Of a DNA stretch of 32,000 nucleotides, positions 8,333-17,196 are shown piece after piece. The first letter of the stretch is position 1; every line of letters starts with the position of its first letter. A model generated the notes under the pieces. It did not search any database. It saw only the letters and a program-made list of their open reading frames with translations, and was not told where the DNA came from. This stretch comes from Nostoc sp. PCC 7120 = FACHB-418 (lineage in GTDB: Bacteria > Cyanobacteriota > Cyanobacteriia > Cyanobacteriales > Nostocaceae). A program made the position numbers and the translations under genes. The stretch is from the NCBI RefSeq assembly GCF_000009705.1, contig NC_003272.1, positions 2,760,001-2,792,000 of the forward strand, written 5' to 3'.

Positions 8333-9703
8333 ATGTCAATCGGTTTTCTCAGACAAGCCCTCAACGCATTGCAACAGCAGTCGCGCAGTCGAACTTCCCA
8401 TCGGGTGAACCAGTGGTTCAAATGGTTGTCCCCTGGATTATCGATAAAACGTTGGTTGCTAATCAGTGTTGGGGGTGTCCTGCTAGCGATTCTAGGGTTA
8501 GCTATTTGGGTGAAGCTGACTCCCATTTTTTGGCTGTTGGAGTTAGTCAGGGGTTTCTTGGGAGCTGTCGCTAACATTTTACCCAACTATATCAGTGGCC
8601 CTTTGGTGATTTTAGGTGGTTTGTTATTGTTGCTTTGGGGACAAACGCGCACTGTCGGCTCGATTACTCAGGTTTTAAGACCAGGTGCGGAAGAAGAACT
8701 TATTGATGTACTGTTAGCCCATCGACGCTTGTACAGAGGGCCGAAAATAGTAGTCATTGGCGGTGGTACGGGACTATCTACTTTGCTGAGAGGGTTAAAA
8801 ACCTATAGTGCTAATATTACGGCTATTGTCACAGTCGCTGATGATGGTGGCTCTTCTGGGCGGTTACGTCAAGAATTCGGTGTTTTACCACCGGGAGATA
8901 TTCGTAACTGTTTAGCAGCCTTAGCAGATGAAGAAAAGTTATTAACTGAGTTATTTCAATATCGTTTTCGGGCTGGAGATGGCTTGACTGGTCACAGTTT
9001 TGGCAATTTGTTCTTAACCGCGATGAGTGATATCACTGGTGACTTGGAACGGGCGGTGGCTGCTAGTTCTAAAGTCTTAGCTGTGAGAGGACAAGTTTTG
9101 CCTGCTACTCTCAGCGATGTTCGCCTTTGGGCAGAATTAGCCGATGGTCGCCGCATTGAGGGCGAGTCTAGCATTCCCAAGGCTGGCGGTAAAATTGTCA
9201 AGATTGGTTGCATTCCGGCTAATCCTCCGGCTTTGCCAGCTGCTATTAAGGCCATCAAAGAAGCCGACTATATTATTATTGGCCCCGGTAGCCTCTATAC
9301 CAGTTTAATTCCTAACTTATTAGTATCAGATATTGCTGATGCGATCGCTCAATCCCAAGCCCCCCGGATTTATGTCTGCAATGTGATGACCCAACCAGGG
9401 GAAACTCAAGGATATACTGTTGCTGACCACATTCGCGCCATTGATGCAGCTTGTGGAGAAAGACAGCTGTTTGATGCTGTTCTGGTACATAAAAAATCCC
9501 CCTCAGCCCAGTCACTCATCCGTTATGCTCAACAAGATTCCCATCCTGTTTTCTTAGACAGAGAAGCTGTATCTCAACTAGGGAGAAGAATTGTTTTAGC
9601 TAACGTTTTGTACGAGGATAAGACAGGATTCGTGCGTCACAATCCCCAAAAGTTAGCTAAAGTCCTATTGAAGTGGTATGGTGGAGCGCATCATGGAAAG
9701 TGA
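8333..9703 (+). CDS. YvcK / CofD-like family protein (UPF0052, gluconeogenesis-factor family) with an N-terminal membrane region
   Basis: The core has [18 protein letters not shown], then [14 protein letters not shown] and the [14 protein letters not shown] motifs. About 130 residues of hydrophobic N-terminal extension precede it. The ATG at 8333 is preferred over the TTG at 8309. Confidence 0.8.
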   Translation: MSIGFLRQALNALQQQSRSRTSHRVNQWFKWLSPGLSIKRWLLISVGGVLLAILGLAIWVKLTPIFWLLELVRGFLGAVANILPNYISGPLVILGGLLLLLWGQTRTVGSITQVLRPGAEEELIDVLLAHRRLYRGPKIVVIGGGTGLSTLLRGLKTYSANITAIVTVADDGGSSGRLRQEFGVLPPGDIRNCLAALADEEKLLTELFQYRFRAGDGLTGHSFGNLFLTAMSDITGDLERAVAASSKVLAVRGQVLPATLSDVRLWAELADGRRIEGESSIPKAGGKIVKIGCIPANPPALPAAIKAIKEADYIIIGPGSLYTSLIPNLLVSDIADAIAQSQAPRIYVCNVMTQPGETQGYTVADHIRAIDAACGERQLFDAVLVHKKSPSAQSLIRYAQQDSHPVFLDREAVSQLGRRIVLANVLYEDKTGFVRHNPQKLAKVLLKWYGGAHHGK

Positions 9704-9895
9704 AGAGAATCACTAACTGTAGGAGATGGTGTAACTGCCCAGGGTAGATGATTGCACTGATGTACTTTGTCTAGAATCTAAATAATAGTGTGTTTCCGGC
9801 CTTTGCTGTCCAGACAAGTAATATGCAATCTCAAACCGATTTAAGAATTAAGTCCAGTCGATATTCCCTTTGATGAAGGTAAAATTTAGTTTTAT

Positions 9896-10120
9896 TTAAG
9901 AATTAGATGGTTTATCCTGCTTGACTTTTTTAATTAATTCCATATACACATTAATCTCACTAACTTCTACATCATGCTCAACTCTGGTTACTTTCCATCG
10001 CTCTTTTTGTAGATAAACTTCCTCACCGACTCTGGGAGTAAATTGTAAATCATAGAACTTTTTTATAAAATCCTTTTGATTTTCTTCCCATAAAATGACT
10101 TTAACTGCTTCTCTACTCAT
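9896..10120 (-). CDS. Hypothetical small protein (74 aa), no recognisable family
   Basis: A clean ATG ORF in an otherwise ORF-free gap, with a lysine/glutamate-rich sequence (MSREAVKVILWEENQKDFIKKFYDLQF...). No motif is recognised. Whether it is coding is inferred only from ORF length in AT-rich DNA. Confidence 0.4.
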   Translation of the reverse strand: MSREAVKVILWEENQKDFIKKFYDLQFTPRVGEEVYLQKERWKVTRVEHDVEVSEINVYMELIKKVKQDKPSNS

Positions 10121-10299
10121 GGATTAGTCCTAATTTTTGACCAGATTGAACTCACTAATCTGATGACATACACATGGAAATTTTATATTACTAATTCAAT
10201 CGAATAGCGTATTTAAAACCACATTTTCCATATATGACAGGAGGAAGGAGTTAGAGCGCAGTAGGGAAAAGAAAATTATTTGCAACTAACAACTGACTA

Positions 10300-10336
10300 A
10301 TGACTATTGACCAAATGACTATTGACCAAATGACTA
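10300..10336 (+). repeat. 15 bp tandem repeat ATGACTATTGACCAA x2 plus a partial third copy (STRR-like TGACTA / TTGACCA units)
   Basis: Read directly. Copies lie at 10300-10314 and 10315-10329, followed by ATGACTA at 10330-10336. The repeat encodes MTIDQ-MTIDQ-MT at the annotated tsaE N-terminus. Confidence 0.9.
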
Positions 10337-10788
10337 AAATTTTTCTTGCAGATAAAGAGTCAACACTCAACTTAGGTATTCTCTTAGGAGAAACTTTAAC
10401 TGCTGGTAGTGTGATTTTACTAGAAGGTGATTTAGGTGCTGGTAAAACTACTTTGGTACAGGGCTTGGGTAAAGGTTTAAGTATTACTGAACCCATTGTC
10501 AGTCCTACTTTTACTCTGATTAATGAGTACACAGAAGGACGTATACCCCTTTACCATCTGGATTTATACCGCTTAGAGCCACAAGAAGTATTAAGTTTAA
10601 ATTTAGAAATTTATTGGGAAGGGATTGAGATAATTCCGGGTATTGTAGCGATTGAGTGGTCGGAACGAATGCCCTACAAGCCAAGTACCTACATTAACGT
10701 ACTTTTGACTTATGGCGATGAGGGCAGTCGTCAAGCCGAAATTACACCATTCAATTGCACCATCAGCGATTTAATTGCTACCAAGTGA
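10300..10788 (+). CDS. tsaE: tRNA threonylcarbamoyladenosine (t6A) biosynthesis ATPase TsaE
   Basis: It has the Walker A motif LEGDLGAGKTTLVQGL, followed by SPTFTLINEY and LYHLDLYRL, characteristic of YjeE/TsaE. The true start could be any of three in-frame ATGs (10300, 10315, 10330). Confidence 0.85.
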   Translation: MTIDQMTIDQMTKIFLADKESTLNLGILLGETLTAGSVILLEGDLGAGKTTLVQGLGKGLSITEPIVSPTFTLINEYTEGRIPLYHLDLYRLEPQEVLSLNLEIYWEGIEIIPGIVAIEWSERMPYKPSTYINVLLTYGDEGSRQAEITPFNCTISDLIATK

Positions 10789-11320
10789 ATGACTTTATTT
10801 CCGAATTGGGTAAAAACGCTGCTTAGTACTGTAGTAATATTAGGACTATTTGCCACTGAGTAGAAACAGTAAAAAAGTTACCCCAAATTACATTAATTTT
10901 ATCTTAAATTTACCAGCACATCAACGCCATACCCAATCAATCTCTACATGATAACGACAAAATTTTTACCGATAGTCGAGGCAGAATTTTACACTCGTTC
11001 TATCTACCACTACCGCGCTCATCACAGAAATTCACTAACATAATTGCCTTCATAATCTTAAAATCGGTGAATTACTTTTCAACAGAACATTTGGTTACTT
11101 TTTCCATCTACTGAGATTAGCTACGATTGCATCTTCTCATCATCAGTCTTGGTGTAGATGGTTGAAAAAATCAAATCTAAGTATCTTCAAGAACTTTATG
11201 CAGGTGATATCTAGGAAGTTGGAAGATGTTTTTAATACCTGCTCTTTCGGAAAATTAGATTGATATTAAAAATGACATAAACTTGTCCTCTGGTAGATCA
11301 TATAGCTGATAAGGCTTACA

Positions 11321-11369
11321 GCAGACTTTTATTAAATCAGTCAATACTGGTAAAGTCTTTTTATTTTTT
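11321..11369 (+). terminator. Candidate intrinsic terminator inside the 1.2 kb non-coding tract
   Basis: AGACTTT (11323-29) pairs with AAAGTCT (11352-58), with an inner CAGT/ACTG pairing. The hairpin is followed by TTTTTATTTTTT. The stem is weak and AT-rich. Confidence 0.3.
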
Positions 11370-11977
11370 GCACCATTGTTATTCTTATTGACCTATTCCT
11401 TGGATTATCTCTGTAAAATTTGTTCTAAATTGTGCGAGAACAAATACTGATTTATATTTTCTTGCTAGGTTTCGCTCAGTAATATTAGTATCCTCAGCAA
11501 TCCCATGCCCAGAAGGATTAAAGAATCAGAGATGTAAGAAATAGGTTTTTAGAAGGTACAAATTAAGCGCAGATAAAATTTTTATATGTATAAAACATTG
11601 TTTTCACGAAAATTTGCCCGTTTACTTAACCCTACTTTTCTCTACAGTTATTTGGTAAAAAATCCGGATAGTTAAATGCAAAAAGCTAACGGGGAGAAGT
11701 AAAAGGCTTACTACTTTCCGTACTAACTGCCCAGTCTATCCGCATACTTAAGTGTTCCCAAAACAAATTCAGGATCTATACCCGTAAAGTTACTAATTAT
11801 TAACTTATTAATTAAATTAATCAGACAAAAACTTTATGAAAAAATTTCTTATATTAAAAATCAGTTGACCAAGTTAATGCTATTTCTACCATGCTTCACG
11901 AGGCGGACTACGCAAATACTACTGATCACCGAAACAATACTGACCCTGGTAGGGATAGAACTTTTTACGTAAATATG

Positions 11978-13150
11978 CTAGTTAGCTTGAATAAAAGATG
12001 CGATCGCATCTTTCACCTGAGGTCCACAGTCATTTCTGGTATAGAAAGTATAACCTTTATCAATAAACTTAGATGTGGCATCGATTAGATATCTCAAAAT
12101 GTCGTCCCTCGTGTCATCCATCTCTTCTGTAAGCGGAGTTTGGGTAAATCTGTTAACTCTTTCTCCTGGTTTGAGGACTTGACGAGTGTCTTTGTAAGAT
12201 TCCACTTTGTGAGGTTGAAATCTTTCATTTAAATCAAACTGAAGACGTAAATATCTTTGAGAATTAAATCCGCCCATAATTTGACGGCAAATTGTACTAC
12301 TAACTTCAGATGTCGGCTCCATAAATATATCAATCAGATGTTGCGCCCAATCTAGGCCACGCCAATTTTGCACCTGATCAAATAAATATGGTTCACCAGT
12401 TTGACCAGTACCAATAGAAAGGATGGCAATATCTTCTAAATTGATCCCATCCAAATTATATTTTTGTTTGATTGCAGAGGAGACAGAAGATTGAGACAAC
12501 CGCATTACCAAGCTGAGTGCAGCTAGTGCTGGGTTATTGGCCGCAACTCCCCCATCAATGTGAGGGAATACCCAATTTCCATATTTTTCTTTATTTACAG
12601 GCTCTAACTTATATGGGGGAAAGAAGGTAGGAGCTGCGGTTGAAGCGGTACAAATTTCCCATAGATGACAATCATCATACCATCTATCGCCTAAATCGGG
12701 GTGACAATTAGTAAAAAATGTTGTGTTGCGATAAAGAGTATCGTAAGCGAGAATCAACATTATCGGGCTTTCCACATCCTTAATTCTTGTGTCACCCAAA
12801 ACATTTTTCAGGACATTAATCAGCCCTTGATGAGAATATTTAGGTAGTGAAAAGGCTTCAATCAATGGTTGTAGGAAACTGGGAATTTTTTTGTAGCGTT
12901 CTTTTCTCTCGATAGGAAATATTTGCTTACCTTGTTCCTGATACAGTTGAACTAGCTCACTGCTATTTTTTTTCGCGGCAATTCCAGCCGTTAATATGGA
13001 ACCCGTGGAAGTGCCGGCAATTAAATCAAAGTATTCGTGTAAGGACTTACCTTGCTGCTGTTGAATCTGTCGCTCCACTTCTTGAAGGATGCGTGCTGTA
13101 ATAACGCCGCGTATACCGCCGCCATCCAGACTCAATATTTTGAAGGACAT
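11978..13150 (-). CDS. Patatin-like phospholipase family protein
   Basis: It has the oxyanion-hole motif LDGGGIRG, the nucleophile motif GTSTG (GxSxG) and the catalytic Asp motif HIDGGVAANNPA. An AAGGAG Shine-Dalgarno-like sequence lies upstream of the ATG at 13150. Confidence 0.85.
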   Translation of the reverse strand: MSFKILSLDGGGIRGVITARILQEVERQIQQQQGKSLHEYFDLIAGTSTGSILTAGIAAKKNSSELVQLYQEQGKQIFPIERKERYKKIPSFLQPLIEAFSLPKYSHQGLINVLKNVLGDTRIKDVESPIMLILAYDTLYRNTTFFTNCHPDLGDRWYDDCHLWEICTASTAAPTFFPPYKLEPVNKEKYGNWVFPHIDGGVAANNPALAALSLVMRLSQSSVSSAIKQKYNLDGINLEDIAILSIGTGQTGEPYLFDQVQNWRGLDWAQHLIDIFMEPTSEVSSTICRQIMGGFNSQRYLRLQFDLNERFQPHKVESYKDTRQVLKPGERVNRFTQTPLTEEMDDTRDDILRYLIDATSKFIDKGYTFYTRNDCGPQVKDAIASFIQAN

Positions 13151-13256
13151 TTTGATTCTCCTTGGTAGATTAGGGGCTGGGGATCAGGGAAGAATAATTT
13201 CTGTCGCCTAAATCTGTTTTACAGTTGTAATCTACGTAATCAGAGAATATTATTTG

Positions 13257-14576
13257 CTACACAAAGCTTAAAGCTTGACCGCGCACTTCTGTGTTTAACT
13301 TGCCTTTGTGGTAGACAATCTGACCACCAACTATAGTTGTGTCAGCCCATCCTGTGAGGTTCCAACCTTCAAAGGGACTCCAGTGACATTTGGTTAAGGT
13401 TTCTTCTCGGAGGACGGGGCGGTATGTATTCAAATCAACAAGCACTAAATCAGCATCGTAACCAGGGGCGATCGCTCCTTTATTGGGGATACCATAAGCT
13501 ACAGCGACAGCTTTGGACATCCAGTTGGCTACTTGGGCAATGGTACATTTCCCCTCCATCGCCGCCGTCAACATGACAGCCAAGGATGTTTCTACCCCAG
13601 GCATCCCAGAAGGACTATTGGGATAGGGTTGAGCTTTTTCTTCTAAGGTGTGGGGAGCGTGGTCTGTGGCGATGAAATCTATCACACCATCCCGCAACGC
13701 TTGCCATAAAACTTCGTTATCGTGGGGCGATCGCAAGGGCGGATTCATTTGTGCTAATGTGCCAATACGCTGATAATCACCAGTATTCATCACCAAATGT
13801 TGTGGTGTGACCTCGGCTGTTACCCAACTGGGTTTGTCTTGGCGCAACAATTCGGCTTCGTCGGCTGTGGACATATGCAGAATATGTAACCGACGCTGAT
13901 ATTTTTTAGAAAGTTTTAATGCCAATTGTGTTGCTAACAGTGCCGCTTGATTGTCTTGAATTTGGGAGTGAATTGCTGGGTCTTGAATCCCCGCAAATTC
14001 TTGACGGCGCTGGTTAATTCTGGCTTGGTCTTCCGCATGAACAGCAATTAGGCGTTGACCTTGAGCAAATATCGATTCTAGTGCAGCCTCTTGATCAACC
14101 AACAACTGACCGTGCATTGACCCCATGAAAATCTTAATGCCTGGTGTTGGGTGTGCGGCTAATAATTCTGGTGTGTTATCCCCTGTTGCCCCGATGAAAA
14201 AACCATAATTCACCAAACACTTACTAGCAGCCCGTTGTAACTTATCATCTAGCGCTTGCTGGGTAGTTGTCAGGGGGCGCGTGTTGGGCATTTCTAAAAA
14301 AGAAGTTACCCCACCTTTGGCACAGGCGCAGCTGGCTGTAAACAAATCTTCTTTATGTTCTAGCCCAGGTTCGCGGAAATGCACCTGGGGGTCTATGACT
14401 CCTGGCAACAAAGTCAACCCTTTCGCGTCAATCTCTGTAGCTGGTGTAGTGTTGACTATTTCTGTCCCTACTTCAACGATATGGCGATCGCGTGTCAACA
14501 CATCCCCCACCAAAAATTCACCATTCGGTAAAATGATGCGAGCGCCGCGAATTAGCAAACTTTGTGGAGATGACAT
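13257..14576 (-). CDS. pyrC: Dihydroorotase (amidohydrolase superfamily, long form)
   Basis: It has the PGVIDPQVHFREPG metal-binding motif, the DHAPH motif (IATDHAPHTLEEK) and PGYDADLVLVD. The ATG at 14576 is preferred over the TTG at 14594. Confidence 0.85.
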   Translation of the reverse strand: MSSPQSLLIRGARIILPNGEFLVGDVLTRDRHIVEVGTEIVNTTPATEIDAKGLTLLPGVIDPQVHFREPGLEHKEDLFTASCACAKGGVTSFLEMPNTRPLTTTQQALDDKLQRAASKCLVNYGFFIGATGDNTPELLAAHPTPGIKIFMGSMHGQLLVDQEAALESIFAQGQRLIAVHAEDQARINQRRQEFAGIQDPAIHSQIQDNQAALLATQLALKLSKKYQRRLHILHMSTADEAELLRQDKPSWVTAEVTPQHLVMNTGDYQRIGTLAQMNPPLRSPHDNEVLWQALRDGVIDFIATDHAPHTLEEKAQPYPNSPSGMPGVETSLAVMLTAAMEGKCTIAQVANWMSKAVAVAYGIPNKGAIAPGYDADLVLVDLNTYRPVLREETLTKCHWSPFEGWNLTGWADTTIVGGQIVYHKGKLNTEVRGQALSFV

Positions 14577-14801
14577 GATGCTAACAATTTTCAATACAGG
14601 AGTTATAGACTATAAAAAACTATCCTTTTAGGTCAATCTTAACAGTACTTTTTGTAATAATTTTTTGCAGTTATTTACAAAAAAGATTATTTTTATCTTA
14701 TGAGTCGATGACCACCTAATCTGCTTTCTCCCGTTAAGATTAACAAATATAGTCTCCCTCAGCGAGTTAATTACTTACACTTTTCTTACTTCAGTAATTT
14801 C

Positions 14802-15449
14802 ATGCAAAATCAAGTGTCTGACAACAATTCTAGTAAACAACCTGATAATTCTTGGATCGCAGAGCTAGGTAGAACAGTTGTATTAAGTATTGTTCTCGCC
14901 TTGGGTATTCGTACCTTCGTGGCTGAAGCACGCTGGATTCCTTCTGGCTCGATGGAACCCACTCTCCACGGGACTCCCAACCAGTGGGAAGCAGACAAAA
15001 TTATTGTTGATAAGTTGAAGTATAGATTTTCTCAACCGCAGAGGGGAGACATTGTAGTTTTTTCCCCTACAGAAGAGTTACAAAAAGAACAATACCAAGA
15101 TGCCTTTATCAAAAGGGTGGTTGGCTTACCAGGGGAAACAGTAGAACTCAGAAACGGCAGAGTATATATCAATAAAAAGCCCCTTAATGAAGAGAAATAT
15201 CTCGGCTCCAAACAAGCCACAGTCATTGATGTCTGTACGTCAGGACAGCAACCAGCTTTCTTAACAAAACCCCAGACTATACCTTCTGACTCCTATTTAG
15301 TACTAGGAGATAATCGTAATAGCAGCTATGACAGTCGTTGTTGGGGTGTTGTCCCACGTCAAAATATTATTGGTCGTGCAGTTCTTCGTTTTTGGCCACT
15401 CAACAACGTAGGAGAAATCGATAAATCGCCTCTATACTCTCCAAAGTAA
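14802..15449 (+). CDS. lepB: Signal peptidase I
   Basis: It has the catalytic Ser box IPSGSMEPTL, the Lys box FIKRVVGLPGE and the GDNRNSSYDSRCWG box. Confidence 0.9.
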   Translation: MQNQVSDNNSSKQPDNSWIAELGRTVVLSIVLALGIRTFVAEARWIPSGSMEPTLHGTPNQWEADKIIVDKLKYRFSQPQRGDIVVFSPTEELQKEQYQDAFIKRVVGLPGETVELRNGRVYINKKPLNEEKYLGSKQATVIDVCTSGQQPAFLTKPQTIPSDSYLVLGDNRNSSYDSRCWGVVPRQNIIGRAVLRFWPLNNVGEIDKSPLYSPK

Positions 15450-15557
15450 AAAAACTATATATAAAACAAAGGGATAGTCAACAGTCCATAGTCTGGAATT
15501 TTTGTTTCATGACCCATCAACCAATGACTGTTGACTATTGGCTCAGAAATATTGAAA

Positions 15558-16340
15558 ATGCCTTACCTAGCTAAAATATTCATCTACCCGATTAAATCAC
15601 TAGACGCGGTGGAGGTTCAGCAAGGACGAATTATCAACAGTGGTGCGCTAGAGCATGACCGTGAATTTGCCATATTTGACGAACATTCGAGAGTGGTGAA
15701 TGGGAAACGAAATCCATCTATTCATCAATTGCGTTCATATTTCCACATCTCTCATCGAACAGTCTCGCTCCAATTTCCTGGAAAATATTCAGAATATGTC
15801 TTTCATCTAGACGAAGACAGGCAAACACTAGCAGCTATCTTAAGTGATTTTTTTGAGTTTGCTGTTACCCTAGAGCAAAACTCCCAAGGAGGATTCCCTG
15901 ATGATTTACAATCACCAGGGCCAACAGTAATTAGCACCGCAACCTTGGCAGAAGTAGCTTCTTGGTTTCCCGGTGTAACTATCGATGAAATGCGCCGTCG
16001 AATGCGTGCTAATCTGGAAATTGATGGCGTTCCGGCATTTTGGGAAGATCAGTTATTTAGTGAATCAGGTGAAATTATTTCCTTCCAAGTTGGAGACGTG
16101 CAATTTTTTGGTGTTAACCCCTGCCAGCGTTGTGTAGTTCCCACAAGAGACTCTTTTTCAGGTATCGCTTATCCAGGTTTTCAAAAAATATTTGTCCAAA
16201 AGCGTCAAAATACATTGCCGGAATGGGCTGCTACATCTCGTTTTAATCATTTTTATCGTTTAAGTGTAAATACACAATTACCAAGTTCGGAAGCAGGGAA
16301 ATTCATTAGTGTGGGCGAAGAAGTTAAAATTACCTTATAA
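15558..16340 (+). CDS. MOSC domain-containing protein (MOSC N-terminal beta-barrel + MOSC)
   Basis: IFIYPIKSLDAV matches the MOSC_N start. The conserved cysteine region is NPCQRCVVPTRD. The ATG at 15558 is preferred over the TTG at 15531. Confidence 0.8.
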   Translation: MPYLAKIFIYPIKSLDAVEVQQGRIINSGALEHDREFAIFDEHSRVVNGKRNPSIHQLRSYFHISHRTVSLQFPGKYSEYVFHLDEDRQTLAAILSDFFEFAVTLEQNSQGGFPDDLQSPGPTVISTATLAEVASWFPGVTIDEMRRRMRANLEIDGVPAFWEDQLFSESGEIISFQVGDVQFFGVNPCQRCVVPTRDSFSGIAYPGFQKIFVQKRQNTLPEWAATSRFNHFYRLSVNTQLPSSEAGKFISVGEEVKITL

Positions 16341-16965
16341 AAAAAATTGAGATTTTTTAACAACAAAATAAACATACTCATTCATTCAGCATAAATCTAA
16401 CTACCAAGTAGCAAATACCTACCCCTCATATCTTTGTATGTAAACTTGGACTCATCATTTTGTCTTCAATTGGTAAAAATAGGAACCTTTTTCTAGTACA
16501 AAATTTTTTGGTTAAATAGTGTAAATATATCTGGCAACTCCTTGAATAATACATATTCATGTATTGTCAGATGCAATAGAACAAATTATGGTGTTATAAC
16601 AAAGTTTAAGCCTTTATATCAGGAAGAAGTACCCCAGTAGACCGAATATGTATAAACATATTTCAGTATCTTTTGATATAAGCATCAGCTACTTGCTTGA
16701 CAATATTTGTTATTGTAGACAGTACTAACCCTTAAGCTCAAGGTAGCTGATATATCGTAGATTCCCTGGGGTTAACATTGGGGAAATTTTTTACAAATGA
16801 TGTTAGTCAAACTTCAATCCGTCAACTCCTGTTACTGCTCAATTGGCAAAAAATTTACTAAGAAGTCCCTCAGATTATTTCTCATTATGCCTTTCGTTCG
16901 GCAAACGTATTTGGCGACGGAAACAGTGAGGTATCTAGCGTTGCAAAATGGGCAGGAAATATTAG

Positions 16966-17151
16966 ATTATCACCACACAAGGAGAATATCGCATCTTGGT
17001 AGTAGATGATGTGGCTGACAGTCGGTTGTTGGTGAAACTCCTGTCATCTATTGCTTTTGTTGTGTGTGAGGCCACACGCTTCATTTGTTCTTCTGAAACA
17101 GTTACTCCAGAAAAATCAACTTTATCATTTTCTGAAGTATCTAGTAAATAA
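16966..17151 (+). pseudogene. Remnant of a response-regulator receiver domain (N-terminal beta1-alpha1-beta2 only), without a start codon
   Basis: My translation of this frame is IITTQGEYRILVVDDVADSRLLVKLLSSIAFVVCEATRFICSSETVTPEKSTLSFSEVSSK*. RILVVDDVADSRLLVKLLSS..F.V.EA is a classic REC N-terminus. The frame opens just after a TAG at 16963-65 with no ATG, and it loses REC similarity after about 30 residues. Confidence 0.45.
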
Positions 17152-17196
17152 CTATCAAGTTGAAAAAACTATGGCACTAACTAAAACAAATATAGA

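Noticed and set aside
11664-11669. TCCGGA (DIF1-like heterocyst-specific promoter motif) inside the 1.2 kb non-coding tract
   Set aside because: This 6-mer palindrome is expected several times by chance in 32 kb, and another copy lies inside the GGDEF ORF near 18350. No convincing -10 hexamer lies at the right spacing.
11891-12088. 65 aa plus-strand ORF at the end of the non-coding tract
   Set aside because: More than half of it lies antisense to the 3' end of the patatin-like gene. It has no motif and an odd composition, so it is probably a chance ORF.
11978-13150. The patatin gene as the effector of a CBASS-like or other anti-phage signalling system
   Set aside because: No cyclase, sensor, nuclease, TIR or other partner genes lie within several kb. 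The neighbours are pyrC, lepB and tsaE. The possibility of a decayed partner is kept only as a low-interest finding.
14649-14685. Imperfect AT-only inverted repeat (CTTTTTGTAATAA … TTATTTACAAAAAAG) in the pyrC/lepB divergent region, considered as an operator
   Set aside because: It is composed entirely of A/T with indels between the arms. Such pseudo-palindromes are common in AT-rich promoter DNA, and no known binding-site consensus was recognised.
16797-17009. 70 aa ORF in the gap upstream of the REC-GGDEF-EAL gene
   Set aside because: The sequence does not look like an intact protein. It is better explained as part of a decayed two-component gene (see the receiver remnant in the neighbouring frame).
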